A program made the position numbers and the translations under genes. A stretch of 64,000 nucleotides of DNA from Basidiobolus meristosporus CBS 931.73. Its lineage: Eukaryota > Fungi > Basidiobolomycota. Below, piece after piece: positions 1 through 9,966 of the stretch; within the stretch, counting starts at the first letter, position 1; the number at the start of each line of letters is the position of its first letter. The notes below the pieces were generated by a model. It searched no databases. It was not told the DNA's origin and saw only the letters and a program-made list of their open reading frames with translations. Location: positions 12,263-76,262 of the forward strand of contig MCFE01000431.1 in NCBI GenBank assembly GCA_002104905.1, written 5' to 3'.

Positions 1-862
1 TTGATGGCCTAACCGAATATTTTGTTATGGCTTGACAAGGACAATGAACAGCACTTATTGATTCATTAAATTGCACTTTGCTCATTTCACCAGTACTCTT
101 GGTTCAACTCTAAGTAGGGCAATAGTGGCAATACCAAGTCTAACAACGCACTTGTATGCACAAGCACATGTCGGGATATGAGGGAAAGAGGATCAGGCAG
201 TTAGTGCCCAGATGGTAAATATCTTAATCTTCAGTGTGTATTTCCACGGGTAAAGTCTTATTAATGTAAGCTGCGGATAAACTTCACCACTTTAATGAAT
301 GGAAAGTAGTAAGCTTCTTATCCACAAAGCCATTGCATACCACTTAGTCATATCTATATTTACTTGTATGTGGAATGACGAAAAATCAAAGAGTCATCCA
401 ACAAACACTTGCGTGTTATTGCAAATAGCGGCATCTAGATTTAAAATCAAGATTCATCGGTATTTTTGGGGTTCTCTAGCTAGTGTTTATCGCAGACCAT
501 GTGCAACAATGTTATATATCATTTATACTTTATAAGCGACAGTGTTACCTGCATATGTTGATTGAATATCATTACCGCTTTAAGTCTCAAACGGTATTCA
601 CTCTCATTCCATTGTTACAGACTGCTTAGCCACAACAGCCATAGAATGTACATGCTACAGTAAACGTAATTATCAACATTGTCTATGCATCTCGAGGTCC
701 TGATTTACTTTCCCGTTAGAGACCAAAGATGCCTTATTGGTGTAGAACTACCCCTACACAATAGCATATCTGAAGAGCAACCCGGTTTATGGATTTTGAT
801 TTTGTGTATTAATACCACATTAACTCTGTATCACTATGCCATAATGCTGCAGCTTTGTGGAA

Positions 863-978
863 CTGGTTTACATTACCCAGGTAGCCTTCTGAGCTGGTTT
901 ACATTACCCAGGTAGCCTTCTGAGCTGGTTTACATTACCCAGGTAGCCTTCTGAGCTGGTTTACATTACCCGGGTAAC
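863..978. repeat. 31-bp tandem repeat, 3 exact copies plus a diverged partial 4th
   Basis: Unit CTGGTTTACATTACCCAGGTAGCCTTCTGAG at 863, 894 and 925. A partial unit at 956 ends in the palindrome TTACCCGGGTAA. No spacers between units. Confidence 0.95.
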
Positions 979-1121
979 TTTCTTCTCTTGCACAACCATT
1001 TGTAGAGCTAGCCACAGCGACTATTGACAAAAGTATGTGCAACAATGGGGAAATGACGCCTATATATTGAGCTCACCTTGCTGCTAGACATCATTCACAC
1101 ACTAAGCTCTCAATCAAAACA

Positions 1122-1304
1122 ATGATAAAGAAATTTGCAGTCTCCTTGATGGTCGCCTTCCTTGTGGCCAGCTCCAGTTCCGGCTCCGTAGATGCTCTCT
1201 CGTGCCAAGCCCAAGGGAACTCAAGAGGCTCCTTGTGCGTTGAAGATCCGTGTTCTGGGATACTGGATGCAAGTCTGGCCAAAGATGCTGTATCTGATGA
1301 TTAA
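1122..1304 (+). CDS. Small secreted Cys-containing peptide (60 aa), orphan
   Basis: Signal-like N-terminus MIKKFAVSLMVAFLVASSSSGSVDA, 3 Cys in the mature part, AAAACA-ATG context, TATATA at 1061, AATAAA overlapping and following the stop. Confidence 0.65.
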   Translation: MIKKFAVSLMVAFLVASSSSGSVDALSCQAQGNSRGSLCVEDPCSGILDASLAKDAVSDD

Positions 1305-1688
1305 TAAATCTATTACGTTCAATGTTGAATGCTAGAAATAATGCAAGTATACAAAGTAGCCGGATAAAGAAGTAAACAGTGTATGTTGGGGTATTCTAAC
1401 CATACATGCTACACATCATTTACAACAGTATAAATAAAAGTGCTACTCTGTCAAAAACCTTTGGTGGATGCTGGACAATAAGTATAAATACACTAGTAGA
1501 TGTATGTGACTATTTATTCCCATAAGATCAGGGCCTGGGATCCCATTATAATCACTAATTAGTCTTAGTGCTTCTGTTTGATGCTTCCTATTCTGTTTAT
1601 AGAATCATCAACCTAGACTAGTGCTTCCAACAGTAATATTTGTGTGTGAATTTCATGATAGCATATTACCAAATCTTGTGAAAGGTTA

Positions 1689-1733
1689 TTCACCCTATTC
1701 ACCCTATTCACCCTACTCACCCTACTCACCCTA
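1689..1733. repeat. 9-bp minisatellite (YTCACCCTA)x5
   Basis: TTCACCCTA x3 followed by CTCACCCTA x2. Confidence 0.95.
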
Positions 1734-2396
1734 TTAGGATCACTTAACCTACAGGCAAGCTCCCAAATACATAAACTGCCAATAGACAGTATTTGCGTGA
1801 TATCAGGGTAAAACAAATCTAGCAAAATACCTATATGGCTGCAGGAGGACTCAAATAAGAGTTCTAGATAATCTATTTTTCCTGCTTAGAAACATGTTGA
1901 TTTCTTCAGCACCTACATAGATCAGCGCAATAGCTGTTGCAGATTCAAAGTGGCGTCTGGCTGATAGATGCTTAACGGTCTCAAGGTTATTTTGGATATA
2001 CTCTGAGTTCTAGATTGTTTGGCAACATAAATTAAACAAAGCCTTTTCTAAAGGAAGCCAACGCTACTAAGGCAAAAGCAAAGACCTCAGGGGTGCCATA
2101 TCATATTGACCGCAACAGAAAAGGATTGTCTTCAGAAGTGCGGAGCGTGCGACATGATACTGATTGCTGGAACGGATGCCTGTACATGGCAGTTGTACAC
2201 GTGTATCTGATCAAAACACTTGAACAATCAAAGTAGCAGTTCACACATATGTTAGATGCTCACAGTGCAATGAGCATAATACAGCTGGGTCAAAGGAACG
2301 CGGATTTGAACTCATTTATTTCACAATGCTTCCGCTAAATATCCATAACAGCAACATCTCCAAGAGTCCACCGGCTAAGTAGGCACCAACCAAACC

Positions 2397-2615
2397 CTAC
2401 AAAATTACCCATGTCTGGCTATCCACGCAGGCGGTCCCCTTTCTTCCTTCGAGGATCTGCTTGAAGGACAGCTCGCCAGTTCCGGGTCCTCTCCAAGTCC
2501 AGCGAATCCCTTTGACTGTGACTGAGGCGTAGTTCCCGTTGTTAGCTCTCTTGGCTCTGGCAATTTCTTCTCTGACATCGGCAGAATACAAACGGGCTTC
2601 TTGATCGGATACCAT
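2397..2615 (-). CDS. Hypothetical 72-aa protein (MVSDQEARLY...), orphan
   Basis: Internal ATG of ORF 2397..2663 in a GCC-ATG context, TATAAA 56 nt upstream (2671-2676), locally CpG-rich. No recognisable family. Confidence 0.45.
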   Translation of the reverse strand: MVSDQEARLYSADVREEIARAKRANNGNYASVTVKGIRWTWRGPGTGELSFKQILEGRKGTACVDSQTWVIL

Positions 2616-3953
2616 GGCTGAGAAAGTGGAGTGCAATAAGTCTTGAGACTGACAAGCCCACACCTGCTGCTTTATATCACCTTATCCAGGTGGTGGCTTA
2701 GTGTTGGCTGCTTCATGTGCCCTTTTCTACTAAGTATAGCGGCTTCCCACCTAAAGTGCTGAGTCTTAGGCCAAGCTTGGAGAAATAATCCAGAAATCAT
2801 GAATGATTACAGTTGAGGCCAAATCTGCAACATTACCTGAGGAAACCAGTACTAGCTAAACACATCCATGAATATTTCCTTCTTGCCGGCACCGTCTCTA
2901 TGCACCATGCCGGTCATTGGTGACAAGGATTTGCACCAATCAGCAATGAGTCTGTTCTTGAAATAACAGGTTATATAATCAACCTGCCCAAAAGAATGAC
3001 CGTGGTAGTCGGTGGCTGAGCTCTTAATCCGACGCTGTACTCCATCTGTGGCAGGGTAAAGTTTGCAATAGATAAGTGCATGTGTCTTGCAAGAAAGCAT
3101 CGCCATCCAAGCTATTGATTGTAGCAGCATAGATAAAGCGTAACACAAATAAAGTGAACAGGCACAATTGGCTTGTTTCTTGACAAATAACTAATTGAAA
3201 ACGCGTGTACTACAACAAGAAATTCCAAGGCAGCCTCAACTATCCCAAGCACTATCCACTCAATATCCCCAACTCTTGGCAAAAAACTAACCAATTTCTT
3301 CTCGCCTGTACTGTGCTGTACACCCTATGACAGTCGTATCGTTCACCAATCAGCAACAACCCTAGGTTCTTGTAATAACAGGTTAATTTAATAAGCCTCC
3401 CCCAAAGCTTGACTGTGGTTGCTGCTCTCCAGTTGCGGCAGGGTCAGATCAGCAATATATTTAATCATGTGTACAGCAAGAAAACAGCACTACCAAAGGA
3501 CAATACCTTCCAGGCAATGACAGGACTATTGTAAGAGACACTTGCCTTAAAGATGGAATAAAGATACCAAAAGTGCATGTTAAGCTCACAGGACTACACT
3601 GATACAAAAGAGTACCAAACCCCATTGAAATTGACCGCAATGACCTTGGACTTTCTCGACGGTAACCCTCAAGCTCATTACTAAAAAATTACCGAAGTCC
3701 TTACTAACACGGATAGTTATTGCAAAAACTGAGAGAATTTGGAACGATATTAAGGATATCATTGACCAGATCGCCCTCATTCCTCACACTTTGAAGTGCA
3801 ACCTATACTGTGTAGCCTTGGTACGAAGAGGTAAAGTAGCAAAGGTTAAATCAATCTAGCTCGCATAAAGCTAGCGCTATGAACGAAGCCTAATTGAGTG
3901 GGATCGAGGTGATATAAATCGGCAAAATTCGCATGAGACTCCACCAGCCAGTC

Positions 3954-4484
3954 ATGCAGCTTTCCTTCCTCTTGCTAGTTTCCGCCATCGCTTCGTTGCA
4001 AGCAATCTCCGCTACCCCACTCGGTGACTCCCAGGTAGCCTTCACCAATGAGCCATGCGTCGAACAACAGGGTGCTTGTTATCAGGACACTTCGGTCCCC
4101 AGTCAAGAATACCAGCCGTCAACTGAGGAGGTGGATGATTCGGAGATGAGTGCTCCAATGCAGACAAGCGAGACTCCGGGTGAGCAGCCAGGATTCTCTG
4201 GGTTGCAAGGGTTCGACATTTCCAATCTTCAACCATCCCAAGCCTTGTTGGACAACATCAATGGCCATTCTGCCAGTAAAGCCAATGCCTTGTCCAACTC
4301 AAACCAGTTCGACCAAGCGCAAGTCATTGATCAAACTCTGTACCAGCCCAAGCAGCAACAGCCACAAATTATCATCACTCAGCCAGCAGCACGTGCGCTT
4401 AGAGGGGGATACAAGAAGTATAAGAGATCTGCTCGTCGCCACTTCAAAGTTAGATATTTCAGTGGAAACAGATACTCGGATTAG
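3954..4484 (+). CDS. Secreted protein with acidic/Q-rich body and cationic C-terminal tail (176 aa from the second ATG; the ORF starts at 3933)
   Basis: Signal peptide MQLSFLLLVSAIASLQAISA, TATAAA at 3913-3918, Cys pair PCVEQQGAC, tail RALRGGYKKYKRSARRHFKVRYFSGNRYSD, AATAAA after the stop. Confidence 0.75.
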   Translation: MQLSFLLLVSAIASLQAISATPLGDSQVAFTNEPCVEQQGACYQDTSVPSQEYQPSTEEVDDSEMSAPMQTSETPGEQPGFSGLQGFDISNLQPSQALLDNINGHSASKANALSNSNQFDQAQVIDQTLYQPKQQQPQIIITQPAARALRGGYKKYKRSARRHFKVRYFSGNRYSD

Positions 4485-4707
4485 CAATAGAATAAAGACA
4501 AAAGCCATGTAACTACACATATCAGGTTTAGTCATGATGAGCTCCACAAAATAATGGAAGGAAATTGAAAAAATAAGAAACTATGGAAACGTTTGTAAAA
4601 TACTGAGGGTATGAGTAATGACCTGATTAGTCAAGGAAAGGTGAGCTATGCTATACATAATAGGAATTTACCCAGTACACAAATTCATTATTCAACTGTT
4701 TCTCCAC

Positions 4708-4932
4708 ATGCGCTTTGTTACCGTAGCAGTGATTCCAGGCCTTGCCACGAATCATGTAGCCGTTGCTGCCCCTGTTCTTTTCCACGCACTCGCGAGTATA
4801 GAAGGGCTCATTATCGCATCTCCCCATGTGCACAGTATGCAGCCGATTACTACCAAAACACTCGAGCTTTACCTGTCGTTAAGACGCCCAATGTCCAATC
4901 CCCGTTATTGCGCCAGGCTTTCACCACCGTGA
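4708..4932 (+). CDS. Possible small secreted protein or frameshifted pseudogene (74 aa)
   Basis: The internal Met of ORF 4648..4932 gives the signal-like MRFVTVAVIPGLATNHVAVAAPV. An alternative frame stays open to 5003. Confidence 0.35.
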   Translation: MRFVTVAVIPGLATNHVAVAAPVLFHALASIEGLIIASPHVHSMQPITTKTLELYLSLRRPMSNPRYCARLSPP

Positions 4933-5753
4933 TCAGAAAGCACGATAACCTGAACATTACTAATGCCAACGGCACTAAAGGCCTCGTGACAAAATACAGA
5001 TAAATCAACCTAAACAGAGAATATTGAGTAGGCAAAACAAATAAACCCTCCTTGCGCGACTACCCTACTCTCACAGTCTCACAGACTATCAATCCATGGT
5101 AGACACAGTGCACCAGTCCAAAAAGAATTGATAACCTACAACGACAGACATCGAAGGAACAGGGACACTTCACATTTGGTTGGTAGCAAGGGTGAAATAG
5201 TGCATGCAACAGTTCAATCAGCGTTATGTATCAACTACCGTATTGGAGAACCGGTAGGTCCCTACTTTGGGATGTCAGTGAGCCTTTGTAAACGCCATTT
5301 TAAATGTTTGTGTAGTTGCTGCATCGAACTGTAAAATAAGTGTATCGATATTGGGAGTTAAATTGCCGTAAACATGATTTTTGGTCTAAGCCAAAATACG
5401 ATTGTAGTATTCGTGAGACGCAAAACGACTCATACTACGACTTCTCAAGCAAGGGCTTGATGCGTGCACACAGGAATGGCACTGTTCTTACGTAGTTGGT
5501 TATTTCATAGTCAATGTTTCCAGTACGGAGCAGTATATATAATACAGTTTTTTTTGTCTCTTCTAATATTGTGGGATTTGGCCACGAAATAAGGGAAAAT
5601 TTTTTCGATTTTTTTCCCCTATAAATAGGAAGCATCTGCAGCTCGGTATCGTTACGACTGTACTTTACAGGATTATGTATATAGTACATACCCAGTACAC
5701 TAAAGGACGGTTTGCGCATTCTGACAGCTTGTTGTTACCCAACTATCATCCAA

Positions 5754-5910
5754 AAATCAAATCAAATCAAATCAAAATATCAATCTATATTGCTACAAAT
5801 TCACATTATAAATCAGCAAGCAATGAAAAGAAAAATGCTTAAAATTTTGTTTGCAAGATGGCAGTGATAGATAATTCTTAGGTGAATTCTATTATATATA
5901 TATATATATA
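5754..5910. repeat. Microsatellites (AAATC)n and (TA)n
   Basis: AAATC run at about 5754-5777; TA run at 5893-5910. Confidence 0.9.
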
Positions 5911-6448
5911 CTATTTACTATATTCCTACTAACCTCATCAACTAATATAGTGACACCAATATCCACATCCTTTCATCTCAATGAAGGTAGCAGCTTAGTC
6001 GCAATAACTGACCATATAAATCAGTAAATCTCTTTCAGAGTTTTTTATCCTTAATCCCTGTTACCTTATTTTTCGTATTGACACCATTAAACCATAAATA
6101 GCCGAACCGGTGTGTGCTAAGTGTAGGATATCTCCATATTGAGGTAAATTGATTTAGCTACACACGACATTACTATAAGCAGGAACTACTCGTAACTTAA
6201 TTCCGGCACTTTCCATCTTGGCGAATGTTGCGGGGGCGAAATCGCATTAACCAGAGACGTTTTGTAATTGGTGTATGGATCTGGAAGCCAAAACACTGGA
6301 AAGTTATTGCTGTTACTAGTTGGTAATTACCATATTACTTGAGCCACTATGTTCCCTCGGATAAACTTGCTCGACACAAAGAAAAAACCCAGGAAAATCG
6401 AACTCAAGACTTCGAGCGCAATCAGATTCCGCTATCAGACAAGCTTCC

Positions 6449-6538
6449 ACCAGTAATAAGCCTTCTCTTTGGAACACTTTCTGATAAGCAATTACCAGCA
6501 CTAAACCTTCTCTTTGGAATACTTTGAGATAGGCAATT
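6449..6538. repeat. 45-bp imperfect tandem duplication
   Basis: ACCAGTAATAAGCCTTCTCTTTGGAACACTTTCTGATAAGCAATT followed by ACCAGCACTAAACCTTCTCTTTGGAATACTTTGAGATAGGCAATT. Confidence 0.9.
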
Positions 6539-6620
6539 CTTCCAAAAATTTTCCTACTAGTAACTGAGGTTTGGGGAACCAATATAAAAGAGAAACGTAG
6601 CATGGTATGCTGCCATAACA

Positions 6621-7319
6621 ATGCTTTTCCGTATAACTGACCTCGCTATTCTGGGTGTACTTGCCGCCTCTGTAACAAGCAAGCCTCTGGACCCTAAGAT
6701 TGGCACAAACGGATTACTTCCTCCCTTGACATACTCCCCTATTGTGGAGGAGTTTCCGCCTAACCTGCCATTCACAAGTGTAACACATCAATGCCTGATC
6801 AATAGTATGAACTATCCCACTTGGTATTCGGCCGTGCTTTCCTCCGAAGCAGACTTGCAGTTCCTAGACTGGGAGTATCCAATGAACGAAACTAACTACC
6901 AGGTTGATGATAGCGAGACCTCTGTGTCCCCTAACTCCATTCCCAACGGAGTCATGGGCTATTGTAACGGAGAGGATGGCGCCTATGGATCTACCTATCA
7001 GTTGTATTATCCAAAGATCAACCAATGCTACAACATATCGCCCAAGCCCAATGTGGGAGTTATGAATTTCAGTCCTTTCGCTGAGAATACTTTCTGCTTC
7101 TTCAGTGAGGCTAACTGCCGTGGAGAGCGTGTGTGTGTCTACCGAAGCCTATCAAATCCTAGCTCAGATGGATTGATTGTCCCAGCAACTACCAATATGC
7201 TAAGCAACGGAATCCTCAGTACCTTGGCTTTGTCTCCCAAGCCAGCAGATGGATATGTTTCACCACTATGTAGTGTGATTAACCCTCCCAACACCCATCT
7301 TGAGAGGAGCCAGTGCTGA
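6621..7319 (+). CDS. Secreted cysteine-rich protein (232 aa), possible beta/gamma-crystallin-like module
   Basis: Signal peptide MLFRITDLAILGVLAASVTS, TATAAA at 6583, 8 Cys including CYN...CFFSEANCRG..VC, intronless. Confidence 0.8.
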   Translation: MLFRITDLAILGVLAASVTSKPLDPKIGTNGLLPPLTYSPIVEEFPPNLPFTSVTHQCLINSMNYPTWYSAVLSSEADLQFLDWEYPMNETNYQVDDSETSVSPNSIPNGVMGYCNGEDGAYGSTYQLYYPKINQCYNISPKPNVGVMNFSPFAENTFCFFSEANCRGERVCVYRSLSNPSSDGLIVPATTNMLSNGILSTLALSPKPADGYVSPLCSVINPPNTHLERSQC

Positions 7320-7688
7320 AGTAAAGACTAGCACCAACATATAGATAATCAATAAACAGCAAATGAAATCCCACATGCACTGAAGCAATAGCAAACGACA
7401 GTTATCTTAACGATAACCAACATCCATGACCCAATACCCTGTACACTACACACAATGTAACTTTCAAGACTAACGTAGTTAATAATACCATGGTTGAATA
7501 CTCAGCGTAAGTGGAGTGAGTGCTATTTAACCAAAATTATGCGATAATCGTCCAAGCGTGAACTACTAGCAGGTATAGTGACTTGCAGTGTCACGCCGGT
7601 TAATGACATTGGCAGTCAATGTCGATATGGAATCAGTTCATCTATACTTACAAACAATGCAAGCGCCGGACGAATCAGTATTATCTCA

Positions 7689-8954
7689 CATTACCTGGTC
7701 CAGCTTTTGTAATACCTCCGTGATTGCGTCACGTGTCAATAAAATTTTGCGTGCTCAATCACGATTCGATTCTTCCAAGTGGCAGTCTATACGGCTTCAC
7801 GAATATTTAGCTACGTAAATAGTCAGACGACAGTAACGTACATGTAAGCTAAAAGCTCACTAATTTGACACTAAAAGATGCACGCCTATTGACTCTCCAA
7901 AACTACGAAAGTCAGGTAGTCTGAAACCTTCATCTCCCCGAAGCCACTCAGCCCAAAAGTAGATTCGTAACTAGAACGTATAGACAATCAAAGCATAGGC
8001 GGTCATGTCTATCCCCCCCCTGCTTGATGTATATTACATAACACACCATAAAAGCCATCGTAGTTCTAACCAAAAATGGTCAGTATCTCAACTACTTGAT
8101 AAGTGATCATCATCAAAAAAAATGATCATTTGCCAGAAATTTCGATCAATTTGTCATCCAGTTTCACGAGCCCATTATATAACGTGACTCGATGAACCTG
8201 GTTTGGTATTCAGAACTAAATTACAATGCCAGCCAACCTTCCACGCAGAGCACTACTAGCCATCACCAGCTATAACGAGCCCTTCTACGCCAACGGCAGT
8301 AAAACCGGACTGTTTTACACCGAAGCATTGCATCCTTACGAAGCGCTTGTTGAGGCCGGGTTTGAGGTCGATTTTGCGTCCGAGACTGGTACCTACGGAG
8401 TGGATGAGCACTCCCTCTCTAAGGATTTCCTGTCCGAAGATGATCAAAAGGTGCTGGCTGACCCTTCACATCCTTTCAATGTCAAGCTGAACTCGCAGCT
8501 TTACAAGGCGGAAGATCTCAACCCTGCTGACTACGGGCTGTTCTTTGCCTCTGCTGGCCACGCAACCCTGTGGGATTATCCTACAGCTCGTCACCTGCAG
8601 CATATTGCTGAAGACATTTATAAGCGCGGGGGTGTGGTTTCGGCTGTATGTCATGGACCCGCCATTCTCCCAGGTATCATGGATAGTACCACTGGTAAGT
8701 CCATCATTGCTGGCAAAAAGGTTACTGGGTTCACCACTGAGGGTGAGGAAATGCTAAATCTGCTTGAGCTGATCAAATCGGCCAATGTGGCTACAATCGA
8801 GGAAGGAGCAGCGGCGGTCGGGGCAGAGTATGTGGCACCCCCTACTCCTTTTGCCGACTTTACTCAGACTGATGGTCGTGTGGTCACTGGCGCTAACCCT
8901 GCAAGTGCCAAATCTACTGCGGTGAATGCTATCAAAGTGTTCTCGAGTCTTTGA
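7689..8954 (+). repeat. Copy 1 of a ~1.27-kb direct segmental duplication (promoter plus glyoxalase gene)
   Basis: Aligns with 11099..12373 from CATTACCTG onward. Confidence 0.97.
8226..8954 (+). CDS. HSP31: DJ-1/PfpI family, Hsp31-like glutathione-independent glyoxalase III, copy 1 (242 aa)
   Basis: TGLFYTEALHP (catalytic Glu), FFASAGHA, AVCHGP (nucleophile Cys-His), DGRVVTGANPASA. TATATAA at 8176. Intronless. Confidence 0.93.
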   Translation: MPANLPRRALLAITSYNEPFYANGSKTGLFYTEALHPYEALVEAGFEVDFASETGTYGVDEHSLSKDFLSEDDQKVLADPSHPFNVKLNSQLYKAEDLNPADYGLFFASAGHATLWDYPTARHLQHIAEDIYKRGGVVSAVCHGPAILPGIMDSTTGKSIIAGKKVTGFTTEGEEMLNLLELIKSANVATIEEGAAAVGAEYVAPPTPFADFTQTDGRVVTGANPASAKSTAVNAIKVFSSL

Positions 8955-9815
8955 GAGGCTGTCCATGTGTATAATATGTAATCCTTGTTCATTGTAAAGA
9001 GAGCCACAACCTTCTATGCAAATAAAATAAGCAAATATAACGTACATAGTCATTGTATTGGTAGGTGAACTAACGCTAAGTACTACCATTGGGGGCTACA
9101 GCTTTGTTTACCCTAATCATGAAAGCTCCACAGATTGCTACTCCTGTTCAGTAACAATTTCAGCACTGAATAGTTTGATAGATATATCTAGCAGACCTAA
9201 CTATTCACGTATCTGTGCCTCATATCAATGGACTTTTCAAATATTATCATTCCCCACTTATTTATTGACAATAAACAAACCCTCGATATGCTCAGACTCA
9301 GGAATGACAATCTTTATTCGTTTTCTCGTTACTTAATTTGAAGCAGAAGCTAAAAAGCCACGGCATGACTAGTTGCATGTTGAAGAATACTCGGCATCAA
9401 CATAATGCTAAGAATGATTTTTATCGGCACGGTTTGTATACGGGATTGCGGCTGACAATATGTTTGTTGTTCAAAACCACAATTGCATCCTACCTAGCAA
9501 TCCACTGGATATCGGGTAAAATACTGGTTTGGCTTTTGTGCTACTGTGTCAGCATGCTGAAGAAGGTTGTGAAGATTGCCTTCCAAGGGAGACTACGAGG
9601 TGTATCTTTCGGATTCAGTTGGCCATGTAAGGCTTTTCACTGGCAGTTCTTACAGTACGAGAAATCATTATGGTGAATGTTTTGAAGTCCAACCAATGCA
9701 GAGTATGTGGAACGGTATGCATTTAACCAAAACTTGAGGATAGTAACTAGAGCGAGTACAGTCATATCTAGTGATGGGGATTAAGCGTCAATGTTCATAC
9801 TTCTTACCGAACAAA

Positions 9816-9966
9816 ATGATATTATCTCATACTTTTGATGCCGCCTATCAGGGTTAGAGTGAAGGCCTCCCAAGATATCTTGAAGAACCTCAAAAGTGCC
9901 GTATCCTACCTCACCACCTTAGACGAGGTCAACCTCCAGAGGATTGATGCATTTGGTATTAGTGCC
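9816..9966 (+). pseudogene. Relic of an alpha/beta hydrolase resembling the YcjY/COG1073 family
   Basis: TFDAAYQG*SEGLPRYLEEP, then after a frameshifting deletion KSAVSYLTTLDEVNLQRIDAFGISA. Matches the family pattern FDASYQGESGGEPR.LEDP...AVDYLTTL..VD..RIG..GI. Confidence 0.7.

Noticed and set aside
863-978. CRISPR-like array (31-bp repeats with a palindrome)
   Set aside because: Repeats are contiguous with no spacers, there are no cas genes, and the context is eukaryotic.
2852-3148. ORF with a GHSFG lipase-like motif
   Set aside because: No other alpha/beta hydrolase motifs or suitable flanking strand; probably a chance match.
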